Position numbers and translations under genes: made by a program. From positions 381,568 to 445,567 of the forward strand of contig CAZLEV010000001.1 in NCBI GenBank assembly GCA_964558645.1: a stretch of 64,000 nucleotides of DNA, given 5' to 3'. Within the stretch, counting starts at the first letter, position 1; each line of letters opens with the position of its first letter. This document shows, piece by piece, positions 55,729 to 64,000 of the stretch. The DNA is from an uncultured archaeon (GTDB taxonomy: Archaea > Asgardarchaeota > Thorarchaeia > Thorarchaeales > Thorarchaeaceae). Below the pieces are notes generated by a model that saw nothing but the letters and a program-made list of their open reading frames with translations, made no database searches and had not been told where the DNA came from.

Positions 55729-56361
55729 CTAGCCCAAACATTCTCCTCCAGCATCTCGGCCAAGGTCAAATGCTTTGGAATTGGCATGGCGGGTCTTGGG
55801 AGGGACGAGGTCAAGTACTGCCTTCCTTACGCTCTCGGTATCAATCGGGAAATCCCTGCAGCTGCAGACCGCCCCAATCAAGACTGAATTCTCCGTCCTC
55901 GGATTGCCCGCCTCTTCTGCGAGGGCGAGCGAGTCCAGCATCACAATGCTCTGGGTCACCTTACGGAGTTTCTCTTCTATGTTTTCAACGGTAAGATACT
56001 TCGTGCTCCTTTCTTTGTCGAGTGCCACCATTTCGGTCTCACCGGGTGGGGGCATGATGCGATTGCTCATGATGATGACCCCGTCGTCCTTCAAATACTC
56101 TATGTAGCGGAGCGCCTCTGTGGCTTCCATGGCTATCATCATATCAGCAGTGCCGTAAGGGATGAGGGGAGATATCGGCTTGCCCATTCTGAAATGGACG
56201 TAGATTGAACCTTGCCTCTGTGACAGGCCATGCTGTTCTCCTGTGACCACTCCTATGCCGGCATCTACTGCAGCCTTACCCAGGATGGATGACAAAAGCA
56301 TCAGGCCTTGTCCACCAACTCCAGCAAAGATGATGTCAAAGCCATCTTTGATTTTGCTCAC
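55729..56361 (-). CDS. iorB: Indolepyruvate:ferredoxin oxidoreductase beta subunit
   Basis: GVGGQG, EQHGLSQRQGS, N..AF..G. GTG 56361 overlaps the iorA stop (GTGA). Confidence 0.92.
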   Translation of the reverse strand: MSKIKDGFDIIFAGVGGQGLMLLSSILGKAAVDAGIGVVTGEQHGLSQRQGSIYVHFRMGKPISPLIPYGTADMMIAMEATEALRYIEYLKDDGVIIMSNRIMPPPGETEMVALDKERSTKYLTVENIEEKLRKVTQSIVMLDSLALAEEAGNPRTENSVLIGAVCSCRDFPIDTESVRKAVLDLVPPKTRHANSKAFDLGRDAGGECLG

Positions 56362-58259
56362 CTCTTCACCTCCATCTGATGCGGTGCATCTACGGGACAC
56401 ACCTGTCTACATTCAAGGCAGCCGTCACACAGGTCTTGTTGTATTATCATCTTCCCGTCTGACTCGTCAACAAGAATTGCTGGACAGTAAAACTCCTTGA
56501 CGCAGGCGTAGATTCCTCGACAGGTTTCTTTATCGTTCTCGCTAGGAATGATGCTCTGTCCCTGCTGTTTCTTGAGCCGATCTCCGTAGAGCGCACAGGC
56601 TCGCCTTGAGATTATCACGTTGAACCCATCTGCTTCTATCGCATCCTTGATTGGGTTGATGCAGTCACGGGTTTCATAGGGATCAATCACGGTGACGGAA
56701 TCTGCACCCATGGCCTCGAGCATCTTCTCCATGTCAATCTTCCTGGCAGGATGTCCTCCTGCGTCTTTCGGACTGTTTGGGTTGAACTGCTGCCCCGTCA
56801 TGGCCGTCACTGCATTGTCGAGCACAAACAGTGTGACATTTGCATTGTGATGGATGAGGTTGATGATGCCTGGGAGCGCAGCGTGATAGAGCGTGCTGTC
56901 TCCAACCATAGCGATAATATGGTCCTCCAGTGTCATCTCCATCCCCGCAGATATGCCAACAGAGGCACCCATCGCAAGCATCGAGTCGCTGAACCTATTG
57001 GGTGCCAGGAATGCCATGCTGTAACAGCCTATGTCATTGTTGAAGACAATCCTGTTTCGTATCTTCAATCGGTCGAGGGCCTGTCGAAATGCCCATAGCG
57101 TCCCGCGGTGAGGGCACCCCGGACAGAAGATGGGGTGTCGTTCAGGTAGGATCTCTTTCAGTCCATTGGCCCGTTTCAGGACAGAATCGTAGTCAAGGCT
57201 CAGGTCTTTTCCTGTGACTTCGGCAAGAACCTTCTCAACGATGGGAACGTTATACTCCAGCATTTCACTGAAGTGGCCGCTTCGTTTTCCGATGATCCTG
57301 AGAGAAGGATTTACGTCTTTAGTAATTGCTGCAATGCGCCTCTCAAGATAGGGTGTCAGTTCTTCGACTACAATGAGAACCTTGAGTGTCTTCAGATACT
57401 TTGCAATCCTACTCTCTGGGAGGGGGAACAGCGTGCCGATCTTCATCACAGGAAGATGCAGACCGAGGTTGCGGAGCGCTTCCTTGGTGTGGAGATATGA
57501 AACACCTGCGGTGAGTATTCCTATGTTGCCTTCACCTGGGTCAATGTGGTTGTGAATACTGCCCTCGAACTCCTCTCTCAGAGATTCGCGCTTCTCAAGT
57601 AGTTTTCTCTTCAAAGCACGAGCCACAGCACCAACAGTGAAATACTGGTCCTCTACGTCCGTCCATTGCCTTTTCTTGAACTCGGTTCTATTGAGCTCAC
57701 CCAGCTGTACCATACCTCGTTGGTGATTCACACGAGTAGTTGTACGGATAATGACCAGGGTCTTGTGACGTTCCGATATGTCAAAGGCCCATTTTACCAT
57801 TTCCAGAGATTCCTGAGGTGTGGCTGGCTCGAGCATCGGGACATAAGCCGCCTCACCGAAGTACCGCCCATCTTGTTCTGACTGAGAGGAGTGGGCATGG
57901 GGGTCATCGGCCATGACTGCAACACACCCTCCATTCAACCCGGTATACGCCGTTGAGAACATTGAGTCACTTGCGACGTTCATTCCCACGCTCTTCATGG
58001 AAGTAAATGAACGGAAGCCGGCCATCGAGGCGCCGGCTACTGTTTCAAGAGCTACTTTCTCGTTGACAGCAATCTGCATCCGATAGTCGCCAAAATGATC
58101 CAGCAGCTCGCTGAATGTGTCCAAGATTTCTGATGTTGGACTGCCCGGGTAAGCCGCAACCACTTTCACATCTGATTCAAGTGCGCCTCTGACTATGGCC
58201 TCATTTGTGAGCATCAGTGCTCTGCCATGATCTGTCCGCTTCACATCTTCTATGGTCAA
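56358..58259 (-). CDS. iorA: Indolepyruvate:ferredoxin oxidoreductase alpha subunit
   Basis: YPGSPTSEI, NEKVALE, MKSVGMNVA, SSQSEQD, FCPGCPH, DIGCY, GDST, LDN..TAMTG, C-terminal ferredoxin cysteines. Likely start TTG 58259. Confidence 0.93.
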   Translation of the reverse strand: MTIEDVKRTDHGRALMLTNEAIVRGALESDVKVVAAYPGSPTSEILDTFSELLDHFGDYRMQIAVNEKVALETVAGASMAGFRSFTSMKSVGMNVASDSMFSTAYTGLNGGCVAVMADDPHAHSSQSEQDGRYFGEAAYVPMLEPATPQESLEMVKWAFDISERHKTLVIIRTTTRVNHQRGMVQLGELNRTEFKKRQWTDVEDQYFTVGAVARALKRKLLEKRESLREEFEGSIHNHIDPGEGNIGILTAGVSYLHTKEALRNLGLHLPVMKIGTLFPLPESRIAKYLKTLKVLIVVEELTPYLERRIAAITKDVNPSLRIIGKRSGHFSEMLEYNVPIVEKVLAEVTGKDLSLDYDSVLKRANGLKEILPERHPIFCPGCPHRGTLWAFRQALDRLKIRNRIVFNNDIGCYSMAFLAPNRFSDSMLAMGASVGISAGMEMTLEDHIIAMVGDSTLYHAALPGIINLIHHNANVTLFVLDNAVTAMTGQQFNPNSPKDAGGHPARKIDMEKMLEAMGADSVTVIDPYETRDCINPIKDAIEADGFNVIISRRACALYGDRLKKQQGQSIIPSENDKETCRGIYACVKEFYCPAILVDESDGKMIIQQDLCDGCLECRQVCPVDAPHQMEVKR

Positions 58260-58489
58260 TCTATATTCCCTCAGCAACGGCAGTTTCGATATTTCACTCG
58301 GCCTTCTGTCCCTGTTCAGATAAGCATTCGCTTGACCCACAGATGTCCACCGGTAGTACACAGGAACTATTCTTTTAAGAACTGAGAAAATGTCTGCTGA
58401 TACACGCTATCAGTAAGGCCAACAGTGGGGCATCCTAGTAGGCCATGTCCTGCAATAGCGTGCTTGAACCATCGGAAGTGACCAGAGTG

Positions 58490-58774
58490 ATGCTTGTATT
58501 CTCATGTCCGGAGTGTAAAGGGAAGGCCTCGATGGATATTACTGAAGAAGAGGTTGCAGATGTGAAAGCCCGGATAGCCCAGGATGGTCGATCTCCCACA
58601 GTGATTGTCAAGTGTGAGAACGGGCACGATTTGTTGGTGACACTCTATAATATGGGGGATGGACTTGGGGTTCGTGACGTAGTTGTGGCCATGACGAAGG
58701 CCGAGGTTTCAGGCAACAAGACAGAGGTTTCAGAGATTGACTGGTTGAAGAGGGCCTTCGGGGGTGAGCGATGA
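58490..58774 (+). CDS. Small Zn-binding protein (CxxC...CxxxH)
   Basis: CPEC...CENGH...GVRD. First gene of a coupled operon. Start at ATG 58490 or 58445. Confidence 0.72.
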   Translation: MLVFSCPECKGKASMDITEEEVADVKARIAQDGRSPTVIVKCENGHDLLVTLYNMGDGLGVRDVVVAMTKAEVSGNKTEVSEIDWLKRAFGGER

Positions 58775-59148
58775 TGGTCATTCATCTTGTTGCTCGTGTC
58801 AATCTAGAGAACCTTGACACTCAAGTTATCTATCCGCGAGATCAAAAGGAAGAAGAGCGGATTGCACTTCTGACTGGAATCGTCCAGCTTGTTTCAACTG
58901 CTCTTGAACGGTCGGGTACCCCATCCGCCAAGGGACAACCCATGTTCATGAAATCCGAGAAGGGAGTTATAGGTTACTGCGTTGTGAAAGAGGATCTATT
59001 CATCTGTCAGGGTGATGCTGAACGGGAAACGGGTGACGCACTCAAGATGCTGGCGAACACGCCAAAGGCATCTGACGAGGAATTGTCCGGTAGTATCGCT
59101 GACCTGGTGTCTAAGCGCGGAAAGGAAATCGGAGATCTTTGGAGGTAG
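58771..59148 (+). CDS. Longin/roadblock-like small protein
   Basis: 125 aa with a beta-beta-alpha(ALLTGIVQLVSTAL)-beta-beta-beta-alpha-alpha pattern. ATGA overlap with the upstream gene. Fold is inferred. Confidence 0.6.
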   Translation: MMVIHLVARVNLENLDTQVIYPRDQKEEERIALLTGIVQLVSTALERSGTPSAKGQPMFMKSEKGVIGYCVVKEDLFICQGDAERETGDALKMLANTPKASDEELSGSIADLVSKRGKEIGDLWR

Positions 59149-59153
59149 AAAGA

Positions 59154-60563
59154 ATGGATTTCAGGCTAGCTTTTATTGTTGGCGGCGCTATTGCAACATT
59201 CATTCTAATCATCTCTCTGATACTATTTGCCCGGGCATACATGCGACTCAGGGACCGTCTGTCCTCTCCAGTGAAAAGATCGCTTCTTCTCATGGGTGCG
59301 GCAGGTTCTATGATCGTCTTGGTGGGGTTCACTGCAGCGATAGCAGTCATCCTGATCGATATCTGGCTTGTTATCTTCGCCTCTCTTATAATCAACTCAG
59401 AGGTTAGCCTGCTGAGTGATGATGCCGACACTCGTTTCATTGGAACGGTTTCGTCTGTAGTTGTCATGTTTCTTGTTGTGTTGTTGAAATTCGCAGTACC
59501 CGAAGTGGGAGCCTTACTGGCTGGTCCGCTATTGGTGGGAATGTTTGGTGTAGCTTTTCTGCTTGGCGTTAAGCTGATTCTCACCTCTCCGTCACCGTTC
59601 AGTATTTCGCTGATTGTTCTCTTACTCGCAACAATCTCGACCTATGTATTGGCATCAACAGGTATTCTCGGAATTGCTCCTGAATACTTTATTATAATCA
59701 TAATCCCCGTCGTTGTTCCAGCTGCCATTTTTGCTGGGATGTCCCGCCCATGGCGTTACATGGTTGTATTATCAATAGTGTTTCTGGCCCTATCCGTAGG
59801 CATGTCATTGACTATTGTTTCATATCTCTCAAATGAACCCCAGATATATGGATATGTTCTTGCAGCTGCTGCAGCAGCGCTTGCAGCGCTATACCCTCTG
59901 AATTACTTCTTGGAACAAGCTTCTATCACCGGTGCAAGAACGCCGGCATTCATTGCTGCTACCCAAGTGGCAATATGCCTCCTAGTTATCACTCACAGCA
60001 ATGCGTGGGCCATAGCTTGGAACCACGCCGTAGCTCAGGGGCTGACAATTGCAGACAATGTCTGGGATGTGCATTTCCTGTTTGTTGACTGGGTTCTTGG
60101 AGTTGCAGGCGTTTCGTGTCTCCTGCTCGCTGCGATTTCGACGAGTGCCAGCGAGAAGGCCATTTCTACGACCATAGATTCTCTGACATTCATCGGCTTT
60201 GTCTTGATTGTTCTCGGTCATCCGTTTGTACGGGGAGACAAGTACGAGCTCGCCCTTCTCTATATGCCTTTGGCCGTATTGATTGTGATTGCCACTGGAG
60301 CATTCGTAAGAGTGGCGGCCCGGATGAAGAAGACAGGATCCACTTCAGCAGCAGCTCGCTTTATCATGTTTATCTTCGCTTCTCTGGGTGCTGGGTTGGC
60401 TGCGATGTTTTCAGACATGATGTGGATGATGTGGCCACCTCTGGTCCTGTCCATCATGGTTGCAGTAGCATTAATGCTGCTAGCAAGCAGCCCGAGCGGT
60501 TTCAGGACTCTGACTCGACTCAAGAGTCCGACCATTCCGTTAGCAGGAGAGGATAACGCATAA
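59154..60563 (+). CDS. Polytopic membrane protein 1 (~15 TM)
   Basis: Almost entirely hydrophobic. GGAGGT SD before ATG 59154. Paralog of the next gene. Confidence 0.85.
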   Translation: MDFRLAFIVGGAIATFILIISLILFARAYMRLRDRLSSPVKRSLLLMGAAGSMIVLVGFTAAIAVILIDIWLVIFASLIINSEVSLLSDDADTRFIGTVSSVVVMFLVVLLKFAVPEVGALLAGPLLVGMFGVAFLLGVKLILTSPSPFSISLIVLLLATISTYVLASTGILGIAPEYFIIIIIPVVVPAAIFAGMSRPWRYMVVLSIVFLALSVGMSLTIVSYLSNEPQIYGYVLAAAAAALAALYPLNYFLEQASITGARTPAFIAATQVAICLLVITHSNAWAIAWNHAVAQGLTIADNVWDVHFLFVDWVLGVAGVSCLLLAAISTSASEKAISTTIDSLTFIGFVLIVLGHPFVRGDKYELALLYMPLAVLIVIATGAFVRVAARMKKTGSTSAAARFIMFIFASLGAGLAAMFSDMMWMMWPPLVLSIMVAVALMLLASSPSGFRTLTRLKSPTIPLAGEDNA

Positions 60564-61945
60564 TGGATTTCACCTTGGCAGTGCAAATTGGATCCGTAGT
60601 CACAGCCGGCATTCTTGTTTTCTCAGCTGCTGAGTTCGGAAGATCAATCTACCGTATTCGTGGTGATGTGGCCTCCTCAACCTTCAGGGCACTTGTCTTC
60701 TTCGGAGCCGCTTCGCTTACACTTGGCCTAATAGTGATCAATACGACCTTCGTGGCCGGTACCATTGGACAACGAACGTGGATTGCATTGTTCTTGGTAT
60801 TCATCATAGTGTCAGAGGTGCACGTTGCCACCGATAGTAAAAGGGCACATCGGGGCATCTATCTAGTTGCCGTATTCGCACTTGTTGCAGCGGCATTGGT
60901 CGCCATGCAGAGTCCAACTGAAGTTTCGCCAGTTCTGGCCACCGCTCTGACCATCGCGGTTACAACTGCAGTCTTGCTTGGCGCATGGTTGACGTATGAT
61001 TCTCCTTCGCCTTTCACCGTGGGTCTGCTTCTCCTTCTCGGTGCTTTTCTTGCGTCTTGGTCGATAATTACGCAGGGGGTCTTTGCCCAAGAGATTGACT
61101 TGAGTTCTTTCAATCTCTTTCTGATTCTGTTCCTGCCTGGGATGGTGGCCTCGTCCATCATGATCTCGATGCTGAAGCCCTGGCGACGAATCCTCACCTA
61201 CTTCATAATCTTCACTTCGGTCATGACAGCTGCTTCAATCGGACTTGCTGCACTTCTCACTCATTCGGCGGCGGTCGACCTTCAGATTGCAATCTTTGTA
61301 TTCGCAACGTGCATAATAGTGGCAGCTTCGACTGGTTCAGTCGACTTCTTCCTCGAGCAATCTGCTGAAACCAAAGCACGCATCCCCCTTTACATGGCGC
61401 TTACGCTTGTTTCAATTGCTGGGTTGCTCATATTGCATATGTTGTTCTATCCGATGTTCCTGCTGACAGGTATCAGCGAGGATCCTTTGCTCTCGTATAC
61501 TCAATGGATTCTCGGCATGACTGGGACTGCAGCCTTTGTTATCGGAGGATTCTACTCTGTTATCAGCAAGAGGGCTGTTAACTACTTGCGGCGAGGGCTG
61601 CTGGTATTCGTCGCCGTGATGGTGGTTCTAGCCAATCCTGTAATTCGCTTGGATTCTCTTGGACTCGCATATCGATGGGTGTACAATGACCTCTTCCCAT
61701 ACCTCATCGGCGTAATCTTAGTGGGTGTGGTCGGTTACATGCTAGTAGTCAGGCGGTTGCGTCGAGTGGGCTCTCAACGGGCAGCACGAAACTTCATGTC
61801 CTTTGCATTCTCTGCGTTGGCCACTGCGGCTGCCGTATTCTTCTCTGACGACCTTCCGTACCTCGTTGTTCTAGCTCTGATTGTTATACTTGGCAGCCTG
61901 ATGTTGTCAAGCAGTCCGAGAAGAGTCGTTGGAGATACAAGGTAA
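60563..61945 (+). CDS. Polytopic membrane protein 2 (~15 TM), paralog of protein 1
   Basis: Shared motifs MDF.LA, SEV, SPSPF, (R/K)PWR, FLEQ...T.AR.P, AA..F..F, SSP. TAATG coupling. Confidence 0.85.
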   Translation: MDFTLAVQIGSVVTAGILVFSAAEFGRSIYRIRGDVASSTFRALVFFGAASLTLGLIVINTTFVAGTIGQRTWIALFLVFIIVSEVHVATDSKRAHRGIYLVAVFALVAAALVAMQSPTEVSPVLATALTIAVTTAVLLGAWLTYDSPSPFTVGLLLLLGAFLASWSIITQGVFAQEIDLSSFNLFLILFLPGMVASSIMISMLKPWRRILTYFIIFTSVMTAASIGLAALLTHSAAVDLQIAIFVFATCIIVAASTGSVDFFLEQSAETKARIPLYMALTLVSIAGLLILHMLFYPMFLLTGISEDPLLSYTQWILGMTGTAAFVIGGFYSVISKRAVNYLRRGLLVFVAVMVVLANPVIRLDSLGLAYRWVYNDLFPYLIGVILVGVVGYMLVVRRLRRVGSQRAARNFMSFAFSALATAAAVFFSDDLPYLVVLALIVILGSLMLSSSPRRVVGDTR

Positions 61946-62001
61946 GATTTAATGATACTACTGGGTAGGCAAGGTGCGGACAGAAGTACCGAGGTGCACA
62001 G

Positions 62002-62544
62002 ATGGCCATAATAAAAGCAGTAGTACTAGGGGAGACCGAAGTCGGGAAGACTTCGTTCACTGCCCGCTGGACAACTGGCAGTTTTCCGGACCCAAGCTCG
62101 CTGAAGACCACTGTTGGTGCAAGCTTCGACACGAAGCGTGTGGATCTACCCAGTGGCATGACAGTGACCCTGAGCCTTTGGGACTTCGGGGGACAATTGC
62201 GCTTCATTGAAGCACTGAAAGGGATGATTCGTGGAACTAAGATAGGCGCCTTCTTCTTTGACGTCTCCAAGATGGCCACTCTGGATGCAATCTTCGGCTA
62301 TTGGATTCCGACAGTAGAGCAGAATAGCACGCTCAGCTTCTCAGACGGTGCGGGTGAACGCTTCGTTCTCGTGGGAAACAAGATTGACCTTCTGGATGCT
62401 CCATTTAATCAAGTCCAAGATGAGATGGATCGCCTTGCGGAGCCATACGGGATGAAAACCCAGCTTATATCCGCGAAGACTGGAATCGGCATCGAGAGTC
62501 TTGATTACAAGTTCCTTGAGATCATAAGCAGGTTTGCCGAGTGA
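62002..62544 (+). CDS. Small Ras-superfamily (Rab/Roc-like) GTPase
   Basis: G1 GETEVGKT, G2 TVG, G3 WDFGGQ, G4 NKID, G5 SAK. No C-terminal Cys prenylation motif. Confidence 0.93.
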   Translation: MAIIKAVVLGETEVGKTSFTARWTTGSFPDPSSLKTTVGASFDTKRVDLPSGMTVTLSLWDFGGQLRFIEALKGMIRGTKIGAFFFDVSKMATLDAIFGYWIPTVEQNSTLSFSDGAGERFVLVGNKIDLLDAPFNQVQDEMDRLAEPYGMKTQLISAKTGIGIESLDYKFLEIISRFAE

Positions 62545-62608
62545 ATGGGTTACCTCACTGTTTTGGGTGTGGCACGAATGCTTTGAGGGCTTGAACCATC
62601 GGGCAGAT

Positions 62609-64000
62609 TCACTTCGCAGTACGCAAGAAGACGCTAACACTGAGACCTTTCTCTTGATGCCCATCAATGCGGTCCTCCAGCTCAATACGGCCGCCATATT
62701 TCCGGACAATCCGTCGAACGAGGTGCAGACCAACACCAGCTGAGCGTCTCGAGAGCCTGAAGAGGTGCTGTTTCTCTTTGTCACTCATGCCTGGTCCATT
62801 GTCACTGAATCTGAGCTCGAAGAAATCACCGTGGTCTTCTCCATATATCCAGACTTTCTTGTCATCACCAGGATTATGTTTGATGCTGTTCTCCATTAGA
62901 TTCCAGAAGAGATGCCCAAGAGCACTATCAGCCATCACCCTCACGTTGTCTGGAAGACCCGAGATCTCTGGTGTTACGTTGTACTGGCTTGCGAACAGAC
63001 GTGCTTGGGAAAGCAGCAGGCTTGCTACATCTGTTGGATGCAACGGTTCGCTCTTGAACCTCTCTGCCCGTCTGATATTGTCAATGAGTTCAAGGCACCT
63101 ACTGGCTCCGTCCAAAACATACTGCCGCGCATTCTTAATCTGATTACTTCTGGAGTCATCGTCAAGCAGGTCAGCGCCCGCCACAATCAGCTGCAGCTGG
63201 TTCCCTATATCATGGAGCAAGAGATCTAGCAGGAACTTCACCTCAGCCTCGGCATTCTTGAGTTCAGATACATCTGTAAAGACTGCAAAATTGCCCTGAT
63301 ACTCTCCGTCCGGTCCGAACACAGGTGACGCATGAACAATTGCCGGGATTATGTGCCCATCTTGGTGCAGCAGTTCGATTTCGTAATGATCCGCCTCTCC
63401 CTTCCTGCGTTCCCGGATCTTTTCTTCGACTTCTTTATCTGTCCATCCATAGGTCCACTTGGTTATGGATTTACCGATCAGGTCTTCTGGCGAGCTGTAG
63501 CCCAGCATTTCGCATAGCGCGTCATTGACGAGGAGCGTCTTCCCCCTATCATCATCAATACAGAAGCCGGAGTCCATGGTTTCAAGGAGCCTGCGGTATC
63601 TCTGTTCGCTCTCTTGCAATGCCCTGTGTGCTTCTTTCTGTTCGGTAATGTCTTGAATCTGTGCGACGGTCTTCACAGAGTCTTCTCCTGTCACCATGAC
63701 AGCACTGCTGATAACTACATCTCGGGGCGTTCCGTCACTTCTAAGAATCTTGAACTCGTATACGCGAGGTACTTCTTCTCCCCTTTGCCGTTTCACGTAT
63801 CTCTCCGCTACCAAATCAATGCTATCCGGATGAAGGAACTCTCGAAAGTCGTGCCCGAGGACTTCGCTACGAGTGAGTCCCAGCATATCAAGTAGTTTGT
63901 CGTTAACATACTCGAACTGATAGTTGTCGTTGACCACGAAGATACCAGCAAAGCTTGAGTATTCTATGATGAACTGGAAGATACCCTCCCTCTCTTGGAA
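62609..64000 (-). CDS. PAS-PAS sensor histidine kinase (5' end beyond window)
   Basis: Frame stays open to 64000 (FQEREGIFQFIIEYSSFAGIFVVND...). Two PAS domains, H-box HDIGN, NLMENS, DNGPG, GVGL. Confidence 0.9.
   Translation of the reverse strand, partial: FQEREGIFQFIIEYSSFAGIFVVNDNYQFEYVNDKLLDMLGLTRSEVLGHDFREFLHPDSIDLVAERYVKRQRGEEVPRVYEFKILRSDGTPRDVVISSAVMVTGEDSVKTVAQIQDITEQKEAHRALQESEQRYRRLLETMDSGFCIDDDRGKTLLVNDALCEMLGYSSPEDLIGKSITKWTYGWTDKEVEEKIRERRKGEADHYEIELLHQDGHIIPAIVHASPVFGPDGEYQGNFAVFTDVSELKNAEAEVKFLLDLLLHDIGNQLQLIVAGADLLDDDSRSNQIKNARQYVLDGASRCLELIDNIRRAERFKSEPLHPTDVASLLLSQARLFASQYNVTPEISGLPDNVRVMADSALGHLFWNLMENSIKHNPGDDKKVWIYGEDHGDFFELRFSDNGPGMSDKEKQHLFRLSRRSAGVGLHLVRRIVRKYGGRIELEDRIDGHQEKGLSVSVFLRTAK

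Noticed and set aside
1-64000. tRNA, rRNA, transposase, integrase or defence genes
   Set aside because: None recognised by eye. A tRNAscan-SE/Infernal run would be needed to exclude intron-containing tRNAs or small guide RNAs.

Overview
Gene-dense archaeal chromosomal segment. The gene content points to an Asgard archaeon, most like Thorarchaeia (inference): a Rab/Roc-like small GTPase with a longin-like partner, giant membrane-anchored Ig-repeat proteins, a TM-anchored family-5 solute-binding protein, orphan PAS histidine kinases, an archaeal-type TyrRS and IorAB. Housekeeping and metabolic genes include ppdK (5' part), a PLP enzyme, an NDP-forming acyl-CoA synthetase alpha subunit, tyrS, gctAB-like CoA-transferase, a gabT-like aminotransferase, an asparaginase, a Trx/TrxR module and iorAB. 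Four items stand out. (1) A tightly coupled five-gene operon at 58.5-62.5 kb encodes a Zn-binding protein, a longin-like protein, two paralogous ~15-TM proteins (possibly 7+1+7) and a small GTPase, a candidate receptor-GTPase signalling module. (2) A ~360-nt, densely base-paired intergenic region at 46.65-47.0 kb lies behind a clear TATA box and matches no RNA family I recognise. (3) Two overlapping giant paralogous surface proteins (2579 and 2892 aa) share a conserved cytoplasmic tail, and one has an NHL beta-propeller inserted in its N-terminal head. (4) A DUF362-UbiA-PHP-flippase operon may make a lipid-linked pentose donor. No rRNA, tRNA, CRISPR array, transposase or integrase was recognised. 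All assignments are from motif reading by eye; no searches were run.
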